DNA of 64,000 nt from Longimicrobiales bacterium. GTDB taxonomy: Bacteria > Gemmatimonadota > Gemmatimonadetes > Longimicrobiales > Gaopeijiaceae. Under the pieces are notes generated by a model. It was not told the origin of the DNA and ran no database searches. It saw only the letters and a program-made list of their open reading frames with translations. Of this stretch, positions 41,601-50,260 are shown one piece after another; within the stretch, counting starts at the first letter, position 1, and each line of letters begins with the position of its first letter. The position numbers and the translations under genes are program-made. Location: assembly GCA_965238005.1 (NCBI GenBank), contig OZ250165.1:3840001-3904000 (forward strand), given 5' to 3'.

Positions 41601-42065
41601 TTCCACGTAGGCGCAGTACTGCCCCGCAAGAAGCGCGGCGAGAGGGACGAGCTCCATCCCTTGATCGAGGGCGAGTTCCCGCTCGGCGAACGGCTGACCG
41701 TCGCACTCGACCACGAGCCTGGCGTCCGCGGAGGCGGAGGGCAAAACGACCAGGAGCTGGGCCGTGTCTTCCTCGGCGCGGTAGAGGTCTCGATCCGCGA
41801 CGACCGCGGCCAGCGGCTCCGGATCCATCCTCGAGGCGGTCAGCGTTATCCCCGGTAGGTGGACGGGCCCTGTGGAAATGGGGTACACGCGAAGGCGCTC
41901 CCCCGCCTCCGCCAGCTGAAGCCTCTTCTTTCGGCCGGAGGGCCAAATGCCGCTTCCCTTAATGGGCATCTCCACGAAGAGGAAGTCCCGGCCGGCCCAG
42001 ACGTGGCCGTCGAATTTCTCTACGAGCTTCTGGTTCGTGATCTCGATTTCGATCGGGGACTTCAT
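38661..42065 (-). CDS. Alpha-2-macroglobulin-like thioester protein lacking a signal peptide
   Basis: ADRDLYR (MG domain-like), PRAEFP after an acidic low-complexity stretch, HLCCEQT (CxEQ) at 39807-39818, YSTVDSVGAI (STQDT-like). Confidence 0.75.
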   Translation of the reverse strand: MKSPIEIEITNQKLVEKFDGHVWAGRDFLFVEMPIKGSGIWPSGRKKRLQLAEAGERLRVYPISTGPVHLPGITLTASRMDPEPLAAVVADRDLYRAEEDTAQLLVVLPSASADARLVVECDGQPFAERELALDQGMELVPLAALLAGQYCAYVEVAGARLGARAEFTVADFSLAPLSARLLEHAADREAGQLSFALSVESWQQPCGESLQVSLLDDDRPVDSAVLRPEAPGRYRGVLKMEGEGPFRLEARVETDPGRIATVSIPGTRQAERELTVLNELGLEFMFSLLPEPSSMPMRGGHLTEGDRLTTPLTVESVLTEEPAIEVHADTSQLHLLVFDLVGGVAHVIEHGDAVAGDSIPLDNPSGLTLVVAAGIVGGKPFEGFTTFMRPSRLEVEVSAPETVRPREEVTLEIETNAERAVPVLLTVRDRRLTRTDTPSSGLAASLKRGVESATEGMAEWGIEPLDLHEQLFPSTVAFGIPRLAMEDVLLDLGMAEPSEVYVAEAGATAGGMAELLGEVAAEAFEVVGTEDVGIPVDAGSPLDAAAPPPRAEFPPVLFVGLVEVEGRAEVPVWTGDGTGTFLIEAFAYDAGDWRAVVRDLVIDLPVRADLEIPPMVRAGDDVTGRLRVTTASGRALVSLTRDGDSVELRSADGATVQGEISAPAALTFAVAPGAYEVRVEDPESGEIDSMEAVVSEPGRLRSHARELVLLSEGKSITLEDAGAVSLRVLPGLDGPFDLLVETTATYTHLCCEQTAAKILSAVAMYLSPGDDGRRSKAERIIRKGIAREESMFRPGAGFLMYPESGHVSDHYSQLAARYLWKLDRLAEIPDLSPGLRDAVKRGSEMADDAGAFHGIEKIPSKPATLDDAYATLVGGGNRSDALTVIDRFVDFSGNEVRLRNGGHAVASRAGLAYVAAGLLAAGDVARGLRAANVVVGEFGENGALYSTVDSVGAIALLIQLRIRSVISSKARVRVNGEEMDLSEAIELGDRVESVESIEGTVAVQALAIREEDWEEYGAGFEVRVGLRENGDRRPSLLQPGRRVDLVVGLEDGYRVGDLVHVDLPACLSWMRGGGLVKRFSVDFEGRDEIRIPLAVTGTAPGGQHFAVCVRNMFEEERRENPGLVRVATDVVSGA

Positions 42066-42724
42066 GATATCTCTCCCTGGTCTTTGCTCTCTATTTCCTG
42101 TTCGCCTTCCTGTTCGGTTTCATGTTCGCTCCTGAGTGTCGCGGCCGCCGTCTCGAGCGCCCGAGCGAGCGCTTCCCGTGCGGCCGGGTTCGCGACCGTC
42201 TCCGGTGGGACGTCCAGACTCGCCCCGCCGGGAAGCTCGACCCGCCGGACCGTCCGCCCCGCTAGGGGCCCGCGCGCCGGGGCACTCATCGAGGCACGGG
42301 GCGCAGCTTCACCCGGCTCGGACGGCAGGGCGATACCCTCCGCCCGGCCCTCACTCGTCTGCGAGGAGTCCGAATCCTCACCGAGGAGAAGCCGGAGGAC
42401 GGCCCCATCGTCTGCACCCTCGAGCGTGCTGCTGATCCGCGTGAGCGTGTGATGCTCCGCCTGGAGCTTCTTGATGAGAAGCAGCCTCATGAGGTGGGCG
42501 CCTCCGTAGCGGGCTCGCCCTCCCTCGTAGCCGCTCGCCCGGGGCAGAAGCCCTCGGGTGACGTAGTACCGGATCGTCCGGACGTCTGGACGGTCCGTGA
42601 CCTTGTAGCGCGTTTGGCGGTCGGCGACTAAAGGCAGCAGCCGATCGGCCTCGTCCACGAGGTCGTCGATCGTCATTCCCTGGCGGGACTGAATCTCCTG
42701 AAACACGTCGCGCAGCTCGCTCAT
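42062..42724 (-). CDS. MerR-type HTH regulator
   Basis: VRTIRYYVTRGLLP..ARYG..HLMRLLLIKKLQ; ATGA overlap with the downstream gene. Confidence 0.85.
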   Translation of the reverse strand: MSELRDVFQEIQSRQGMTIDDLVDEADRLLPLVADRQTRYKVTDRPDVRTIRYYVTRGLLPRASGYEGGRARYGGAHLMRLLLIKKLQAEHHTLTRISSTLEGADDGAVLRLLLGEDSDSSQTSEGRAEGIALPSEPGEAAPRASMSAPARGPLAGRTVRRVELPGGASLDVPPETVANPAAREALARALETAAATLRSEHETEQEGEQEIESKDQGEIS

Positions 42725-42730
42725 ACTTCG

Positions 42731-42759
42731 ATTATAGTATATAGTGTTACTACTGTCAC
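42731..42759 (-). promoter_or_regulatory. Sigma-70 promoter predicting a leaderless mRNA
   Basis: GTGACA-N17-TATAAT-N6-ATG, with no Shine-Dalgarno sequence. Confidence 0.75.
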
Positions 42760-42781
42760 CGGAGACCCGCTGAGGTGCCTC

Positions 42782-43863
42782 GGCGTTGGTGCACGGCTCC
42801 TGATTTTACCTTCGAGGCCAGACGAAGCCCTCGACCCGGGAGGCGCCACCGATGAGGTATCCGAAGCGAACCCAGTACAAGTATGCGAAGTCTCGATATC
42901 GGGTGCGGAATTGGGCTGAATACGAGGCCGGCCTCCGGAGACGAGGCGACCTGACCGTCTGGCTTTCGGATGACGCGCTCGACTTCTGGCGAGCAGCGCC
43001 GAACGGCAAACCCGGTGGCCAGCGCACCTACACTGACGTCGCGATCGAGGCCGCACTGACGATTCGCATGGTCTTCCACCTTCCGCTTCGACAGACTGAG
43101 GGCTTCCTCCGTTGCCTGGCAGAGATCCTCGAGGTCGATCTCCCAATCCCCGATCACACCACGCTGTCTCGGCGGCTGAAGAAGCTCAGTGACATTCAAT
43201 TTCGCAGGCTACCGACCGATCGATCGATCCACCTGCTCATCGATAGCACGGGACTCAGGGTCCACGTCGGCCATCTGCGGAAACCGCCAAAGAGAAGGGC
43301 TTGGAGGAAGTTGCACCTCGCGGTCGATGCTGCATCAGGTGAGATCGTCGCATCGGATTTGACCGCTCGCCGGACGCACGACTGCACCCAGGTCCCGGCC
43401 GTGCTTGAGCAGATTGCTGATCCCATCGCATCGGTCTTGGCGGACGGCGCGTACGACAGCAAGGCGGTCTACGAAGCCGCCCATGGGCGGGGTGACGGAC
43501 CGGCGGTGCGTGTGCTCATTCCACCTGGACGCAACGCCCAGCTCAGCCCGAAGCCGTCGGCCGCACTCCAAGAGAGAAATCGCAACATTCGCTCGATCCG
43601 AGAACTCGGGCGGCGCGAGTGGCACACGTCCTCAGGCTACAGCCAGCGCAGCCTGGTGGAGAATACCGTCTTCCGATACAAGACGATCATCGGTCGAAGT
43701 ATGCGAAGTCGATCCATCGACGGACAACGAGTTGAGGTGCATCTGGCGAGCAAGATTCTCAACACGATGACCCTGCTTGGGATGCCGGACAGCTACCGCG
43801 TGGAGTGATTTACGCTTGGGGGATGGGGGATCTGTCCTCTGCTCCAAGCCATGCACCAACGCC
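42782..43863 (+). mobile_element. IS5-family (IS903-like) insertion sequence
   Basis: 17-bp inverted repeats GGCGTTGGTGCA(C/T)GGCT; no target duplication visible. Confidence 0.9.
42852..43808 (+). CDS. IS5-family transposase
   Basis: YRVRNWAEYEAGLRRRG, PDHTTLSRR, IDSTG, WRKLHLAVD, ADGAYD, RSLVE..RYK. Confidence 0.93.
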   Translation: MRYPKRTQYKYAKSRYRVRNWAEYEAGLRRRGDLTVWLSDDALDFWRAAPNGKPGGQRTYTDVAIEAALTIRMVFHLPLRQTEGFLRCLAEILEVDLPIPDHTTLSRRLKKLSDIQFRRLPTDRSIHLLIDSTGLRVHVGHLRKPPKRRAWRKLHLAVDAASGEIVASDLTARRTHDCTQVPAVLEQIADPIASVLADGAYDSKAVYEAAHGRGDGPAVRVLIPPGRNAQLSPKPSAALQERNRNIRSIRELGRREWHTSSGYSQRSLVENTVFRYKTIIGRSMRSRSIDGQRVEVHLASKILNTMTLLGMPDSYRVE

Positions 43864-43993
43864 TCCTGGAGGCCAGTGGGTAGCGTTTTTTTGTGCTCAT
43901 TCCGGATGCAAACGGGATGCATTTTGGAATATCGAGGCTGACGAGAGAGGCCCCACAGGGCTAGAAAGCCTTACGGGGCCTCATCTTTCTCAG

Positions 43994-44067
<74 letters not shown>

Positions 44068-44071
44068 GACA

Positions 44072-44454
<383 letters not shown>

Positions 44455-44564
44455 TACGTGCCAGTGCGGACGAAGAATCCGACGCCGAAGCCCCGGATCT
44501 CGAACCGCGTAGGTACGTCTAACTCTAAACTCAACCGCGATTTGGAACAACGACCGACCAGTGA

Positions 44565-44720
44565 TCAGAAGGTCCAGAACAACCCTACGGTCGTCTCGTT
44601 GTTGGAGTACGTGACCACCTCGTGGTTGTTCTCACGGAATCGGTATTCCCCTCTGATCCCCAGGTGGTCCATAATCCAAATACGAGGGCCGAACGGGAAC
44701 GAGAAGGTGCTCCGGGAGAA
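44565..44720 (-). pseudogene. C-terminal remnant of an outer-membrane beta-barrel protein
   Basis: Alternating beta pattern LGIRGEYRF..TTVGLFWTF with terminal Phe; no N-terminus. Confidence 0.4.
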
Positions 44721-44885
44721 TCGCAGGCCTTCGGAGTCGTCGTCGACCCGCGCGGGACTGTCTATAGGGGCCAGCAGCATGGAGCCCTGGCCTCATCCCC
44801 ACCGGTCGTGAATGTTTGGCCCTTCGTGGCGGCGCCCGGGGGGCGGCCCCACGGTTGCCCGTACCGGCGAGGAGCGTTCCGAGCA

Positions 44886-45803
44886 GTGCAGCCGACACCG
44901 TCCTACGACATCGAATCCTGGAGGAGCCGGATCCCTATCCTCCAGACCACGATCCCGATGAACAACTGCTCGCAGGGGCCTCAGGTGGCCTCGGTGCGGG
45001 AAGCGGCCGAGCGCTACCTGGACTCCTGGCGGGACGACGGGATGGACTGGGACCCCTGGGTCGAGGAAGTGGAGAAGGCGCGGGGGGAGTTCGCTCGACT
45101 GATCAACGCCGATCCGGGGGACGTCGCGGTCTGCACATCGGTGTCCCAGGCCACGGCGGCCGTGGCCGGAGCCCTCACGTACGACGCTCCCCGTGACACG
45201 GTCGTGGTGTCTCAGGCCGAGTTCCCCACCGTGGGTCATGTCTGGCAGGCTCACCAGCGTCTCGGAGCCAAGCTTCGCTGGGTGCCTGTGGAGGGCGGTG
45301 AGATCTCTCTGGATCGGTACTCGGAGGCCCTCGAGGGAGACGTCGCTCTCGTGTCGGCGTGCCATGGCTATTACCAGACCGGCTTCAAGCAGGATCTCGA
45401 GGCCCTCGTCGAGCTCGCCCACGGAGCCGGCGCCCTGCTCTTCGTGGACGCGTATCAGACCCTCGGGACCCACCCGGTGGACGTGCAATTGCTGGACGTC
45501 GACCTCCTCGCCTCCGGAAATCTGAAGTACCTCATGGGCACGCCGGGCATCGCCTTCCTCTACGCAAAACGGGAGATCGCCGACCGGCTGGAGCCCAACG
45601 TGACGGGGTGGTTCGGACAGCGAAATCCCTACTCCTTTCGGGTGGATGAGCTCGACTTCGCCCCGGGCGCCCGCCGCTTCGACACGGGCACCCCGCCGAT
45701 CCTGAACGCCTACGTGGCCCGAGCCGGGATGGAGATCATCAACGAGGTAGGGCCGGCGGCGATCCGGGCGTGGACGGAGGAACTATCTCGTCGGCTCATC
45801 GAG
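44886..45803 (+). pseudogene. Class V PLP aminotransferase (desulfurase/kynureninase-like), 3'-truncated
   Basis: EFPT, VDAYQ, SGNLKYLMG, RRFDTGTP; homology stops at SRRLIE where the transporter fragment begins. Confidence 0.8.
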
Positions 45804-46484
45804 CGCTGGGTCAGGTGGTCTTTTCGCTGGCCCTCGGTGGCACCTTCATGGTGGTGTACGGATCGTACCTGAACGACGACGACGCCCTGGGGTCAAATGC
45901 CGTCTTCACGGTCCTGGGGGACACGGGGGCCGGGCTCCTCGCCGGGCTGGCCATCTTCCCGGCGGTCTTCGCCCTGGGCCTGGAGCCTCGGAGCGGCCCG
46001 GGCCTCATCTTCGCCACTCTCCCGCAGGTCTTCGACGGCATGCCCGCTGGACACTTCTTCGGCTTGCTCTTCTTCGCCGCGCTGGGTGGCGCCGCCTACC
46101 TCAGCGCGGTGGCTGCCTTCGAGGTACTGGTAGCCGGCTTGACGGACAACACCGACATGGGGCGGCGCAGAGCCGCGAGGCTCGTGGCGGGAACGGTGGT
46201 GCTCTTGGCGGTGCCACCCATGATCAACCTCAAGATCTTCATACCCTGGGACCTGACCTTCGGGACGGGATTCCAGACGGTGGGAGCCTTGGCGGCCGCC
46301 GTCACCGTGGGGTGGGCCCTGAAACGCGGCGAGGCCCTGAAGCAGCTGGCCGGTGACTCCGCTGACTCGAGGTCGGCCCGGCTGCTCTACCTGTTGGATC
46401 CGATTCGTCATCCCGGGGGCTATCCTGGCCGTGGGCATCTGGTGGCTGCTCACCGAGGTGCTAGGCGTGGCAGAAGGCGTGTAG
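45803..46484 (+). pseudogene. C-terminal half of a sodium-dependent (NSS/SNF) transporter, with an extra frameshift near 46392
   Basis: ALGQVVFSLALGG..YGSY, AGLAIFPAVF, GPGLIFATLP; the C-terminus WIRFVIP.. lies in another frame. Confidence 0.82.
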
Positions 46485-46488
46485 CTCC

Positions 46489-47376
46489 TCAGGTTCTACT
46501 CCCGGCCATCCAGCGGTAAATGGCCCGGACGTTCAGCGGGAACCAGGCGTCGTACTGTCCCCAGTGGCCGAACTCCGGCAGCCGGATCTCCGCCGCCGCC
46601 CGGTCTTCCGACCATCCCGCGTCGAGCGCCTTCCTGACCTCGGACCGGATCTGGTCGTAGTAGCGGATCTGCCGGTGTATGGAGCTCCGGTCCCCCGCCG
46701 GCCCGTGCCCGAAGACCATGGTCTCGAAGTCGATCTCCAGGAGGCGGGGCATGGACTCGAAGAAGTCTGGGAATTGCCAGCCGGAAAGGCCCTGATAGCC
46801 GACGTTCAGGTGGTGGGATACGAAGTCCACGGCGAACGCCACCTTCACGTCCGGGACGTAGACCACCGTGGAGTTGTCGGTGTGGTTCGCGCCCACGTAG
46901 TGGAGCTCGATGTCACGGCCGCCCTGGTTCATGGACATGAACTCCTGGTAGGTGACGGTCGGCACGGGTAGATCCGCGCTGCCGGCCGCCGTGATGGCCG
47001 CCACCGAGTTGCGATGCGCAAGGATGGGCACCGTCTGGCCCATCTCGCTCATGAGCGCCGGAGCACCCGTGGCGTGGTCGGCGTCCTGGTGGCTGTAGAT
47101 GATGGCCAAAAGAGGAGCGTCCGGGGCCACCTTCCTGATCTCCCGGGCGTACTGCATGGCCGCCTCCGGCGAGATCGGGTCCACGGCCACGACCCCGGCG
47201 GGTGTGACCACGAAGAACCCGTTGTGCGCTTGCCAGCGGAACTGAAAGACCCCGTCGGCAATACGGCTCGTCTCGTAGTTGGAGGTCTGGGCCTCGGTCA
47301 TGACGGGGCCGAGAACGACGACGGCCGTCGAGAATATTACGGCCACCAGCAGTGGAATATGTCTCGCTCGCACCAT
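46489..47376 (-). CDS. Secreted MBL-fold metallo-hydrolase
   Basis: Signal peptide; YSHQDADH (variant HxHxDH), NHTD, FGHG. Confidence 0.85.
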   Translation of the reverse strand: MVRARHIPLLVAVIFSTAVVVLGPVMTEAQTSNYETSRIADGVFQFRWQAHNGFFVVTPAGVVAVDPISPEAAMQYAREIRKVAPDAPLLAIIYSHQDADHATGAPALMSEMGQTVPILAHRNSVAAITAAGSADLPVPTVTYQEFMSMNQGGRDIELHYVGANHTDNSTVVYVPDVKVAFAVDFVSHHLNVGYQGLSGWQFPDFFESMPRLLEIDFETMVFGHGPAGDRSSIHRQIRYYDQIRSEVRKALDAGWSEDRAAAEIRLPEFGHWGQYDAWFPLNVRAIYRWMAGSRT

Positions 47377-47437
47377 GGGATCCTCCTGGCCGATCCGTCC
47401 CGCGGCCGGCCGTTGGCTGAGTGTTCTGAGGCGAGAC

Positions 47438-48094
47438 CTACGGAATGACGGGCAGCAGGGCGCCGGAGTCCAGCAGGTCCCGGGCTATCGTCGCGTCGAG
47501 GGCGAAGACGACCACGAACCCCCCGACGCCAATGATCAAGGCGAACATGAATACGGTGTACGATATCCGTAGGAGGTTGAACTTCTTCTTGAGCACCTGA
47601 CCGAGCCCGTACAGATCCCTCACCATGTTGATGTAGAGGTGGTCCGGCGTCATCATCAAGTCCCGCATTCCCTCTACGAAGTCTTCTTCCGACAGGTTCA
47701 CGAAGTTCCCGAAGAACAGGATATTGGCGTCGTTTCGCTCGATGTCGTCCAGCGTCAGCGGCTGGTTGCTCACCCGGGGGCGTGCGGCCAGAACCGCATA
47801 GACGAGCGCTATGAGGCACCCCACGAGCAGGATGCTGACAGGCAGGACAAGGAGCGGCAGGCCTCCCATGCGGGGCGCCAAGGCCGCGAGCGTGATGGAG
47901 ATGATCAGTCCGTTCACGCTGATCATGATGTTCGCCTTGGCGTCGGCCAGGCCGACCAGATCCTGGTGGACCCGGTAGCTGGTCCGGCGATCGGGGGCAT
48001 CGGCTCCCACCACGGACTCGGTGCCGCCGACCTCAGCCGTCTCGTCGTCTACGGCTTCCGCAACGTCTCTCGGTTCGTTCCGGTCTACGTCCAT
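47438..48094 (-). CDS. Pycsar effector-like (DUF5706) membrane protein
   Basis: LADAKANIMISVN, ARP, NILFFGNF, LGQVLKKKFNLLRISY; three TM segments. Confidence 0.85.
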   Translation of the reverse strand: MDVDRNEPRDVAEAVDDETAEVGGTESVVGADAPDRRTSYRVHQDLVGLADAKANIMISVNGLIISITLAALAPRMGGLPLLVLPVSILLVGCLIALVYAVLAARPRVSNQPLTLDDIERNDANILFFGNFVNLSEEDFVEGMRDLMMTPDHLYINMVRDLYGLGQVLKKKFNLLRISYTVFMFALIIGVGGFVVVFALDATIARDLLDSGALLPVIP

Positions 48095-48110
48095 GCGCTC
48101 TCACCCTGGG

Positions 48111-50258
48111 TCAACTGGTCCGGACCTTCCCCAACAGTTCTTCCAAGTACCGGTACGTGTCAATCTGGCTGCGCACGGAGGGGCTATCGTCGGCCGTCAC
48201 GAACCGGTTGCTCTGGTCTCCGTCGAGGATGCGCGCCTTGGTGTTGTCGGCGAGCTGGAGCGCCAGAACATGCCGAAGCTCGGCCCTGAGGTCGGGATCG
48301 TAGATGGGAAACGCCACCTCCACCCTTCGGTTCAGGTTCCGAGTCATCCAGTCGGCCGATGCCAGGTACAACGCCTCGGCCCCTCCCGCGTGGAAGAGGT
48401 ACATCCGCGAGTGCTCCAGGAATCGGTCCAGGATGCTTCGGCCCTCGATGGTCTCGCTCAGCTCGCCCACCCCCGGTCGGAGGCAGCAGATGCCTCGTAT
48501 CACGAGTTGAATCGGGACGCCGGCGGCGCTGGCTTCGTAGAGCCGGTCGATGATCCCGCGGTCCTGGAGGCTGTTCATCTTTGCTGTGATCCCAGAGGCC
48601 CGCCCCGCTCGGGCCGCCTCGATCTCGGCATCGATGAGCGAGTTGAAGCCGTCCCTGAGGTCTGAAGGGGCCACCAGCAAGTGCTCGAAGGCCGGCTCGA
48701 CCTCCTCTGCGTCGAGGATGCGGAACACCCGGTGCACCTCTTCGGTGAGCCTCTCGTCGGCGGTTAGCAGACCGTGATCGGCGTAGATCCGGGCCGTCTT
48801 CTCGTTGAAGTTGCCCGTGGCCAGGAAGGCGTAGAGCCTGCTCACGTCGCCTTCGCGGCGACGGATGAGCGCGAGCTTGGCGTGCACCTTGATCCCCTGC
48901 CGGCCGTAGAGCGTTTGCACGCCGGCCCGCTCCATCTGCTCGGCCCACTCCAGGTTCAGCTCTTCGTCGAAGCGGGCCTGCACCTCAACGAAGGCCGACA
49001 CCTCCTTCCCGTTCCGGGCTGCCTCGATGAGGGCTCTGACCACGGCAGAGTCCTGTGCGACCCGATACAGCGAGATCCAGATGGCGTCCACGGCGGGGTC
49101 GGCAGCGGCCTCCTCGAGGAGGCGCACCACGTAGCCGTACGACTGGTAGGGAAAGTGGAGCAGCCGGTCCTTCTCCGAGACCACGTCGAAGAGATTCGGG
49201 GCGCCCTCGAGCGCCGGGTGTGCCAGTGGCTGGAGCGGGGGATCCTGGTGCTCGGGGGCCTCGCCCACAGGGAGCCCGAACAGGTCGTGCAGGTTGTGGT
49301 AACGCCCGCCCAGGATCAGGTCCTCTTCCTGGAGGCCGAGGCAGGCCTTCAGGCGGTTCACCATGACGTGAGGCGATCGCATGTCGTAGAGGAAACGGAT
49401 CGGGATCCCGGTATCGCGCTTCTTCAGGCTCTTCTTGATGGCCTGCTTGAGTCCTTGGTCGAACTCGTCGTCGAGGTAGAGGTCGGCATCCCTTGAGACC
49501 TTGACCGCGTACGCCCCCGTCGCGACCTGGCCGGGGAAGACGCACGGAAGGTTATGCCGGATGACGTCGTCCAGGAATACGACGTAACGCCGGTCACCCG
49601 GAGCCGGGATGGCGATGAACCGTGGCAGGGGCGGGCTGGGAACCTCCACCAGTCCCAACCTCGGCCCAGCGGACCCCACGGCGATGTCCTGGACCGGCTG
49701 GAGCTCCACCACCAGATAGACCGTCTGATCCTTCAGGAACATCGGCTCTCCGACGTCCTCCAGATAGGTGGGCTCCAGGAGTGGCTCGACGTGCTCGATG
49801 AAGTAGTCCTCCAGAGTCGAGCGGTACTCTTCGGGCACTCCGAGCTCATCGACGAGGTCGATCCCGGCCTCGCTCAGCCCCGGGAGGATCTGCTCGCGAA
49901 AGACGCGCCCGAATCGCTCCTGCTGCGCCAGCGCGACGTCAGGGATCTCACGGAGCAGCCCGGTGGGATCCAAGCGGCGTTTCTTGCCCTTCTTCTTCTT
50001 GAGCGAAAGGAGGCTCCGGAGAGACGCCACACGCACTCGGAAGAACTCGTCCAGGTTGGACGAGAAGATGGCGAGGAACTTGAGGCGCTCGAAGAGAGGC
50101 ACCGCCGGGCTTTCTGCCTCCTGAAGCACCCGTTCGTTGAAGGACAGCCAGCTCAGCTCCCGGTTGACGTAGCGCACCTCGGTGGAGGAGACGCCCAGCG
50201 CGGCCTCACTAGGATCCTCCTGCGCCTCGATGACGACAGGACTCGTGCTCTCAGCCAC
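48111..50258 (-). CDS. ppk1: Polyphosphate kinase 1
   Basis: NRELSWLSFNERVL, SSNLDEFFRVRV, ARFDEELN, KVHAK, RFLEHSR, SADWMTRN. Confidence 0.97.
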   Translation of the reverse strand: MAESTSPVVIEAQEDPSEAALGVSSTEVRYVNRELSWLSFNERVLQEAESPAVPLFERLKFLAIFSSNLDEFFRVRVASLRSLLSLKKKKGKKRRLDPTGLLREIPDVALAQQERFGRVFREQILPGLSEAGIDLVDELGVPEEYRSTLEDYFIEHVEPLLEPTYLEDVGEPMFLKDQTVYLVVELQPVQDIAVGSAGPRLGLVEVPSPPLPRFIAIPAPGDRRYVVFLDDVIRHNLPCVFPGQVATGAYAVKVSRDADLYLDDEFDQGLKQAIKKSLKKRDTGIPIRFLYDMRSPHVMVNRLKACLGLQEEDLILGGRYHNLHDLFGLPVGEAPEHQDPPLQPLAHPALEGAPNLFDVVSEKDRLLHFPYQSYGYVVRLLEEAAADPAVDAIWISLYRVAQDSAVVRALIEAARNGKEVSAFVEVQARFDEELNLEWAEQMERAGVQTLYGRQGIKVHAKLALIRRREGDVSRLYAFLATGNFNEKTARIYADHGLLTADERLTEEVHRVFRILDAEEVEPAFEHLLVAPSDLRDGFNSLIDAEIEAARAGRASGITAKMNSLQDRGIIDRLYEASAAGVPIQLVIRGICCLRPGVGELSETIEGRSILDRFLEHSRMYLFHAGGAEALYLASADWMTRNLNRRVEVAFPIYDPDLRAELRHVLALQLADNTKARILDGDQSNRFVTADDSPSVRSQIDTYRYLEELLGKVRTS

Positions 50259-50260
50259 GG

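Noticed and set aside
47438..48094. Complete Pycsar anti-phage system
   Set aside because: No cyclase gene adjacent; only the effector-like gene is present.
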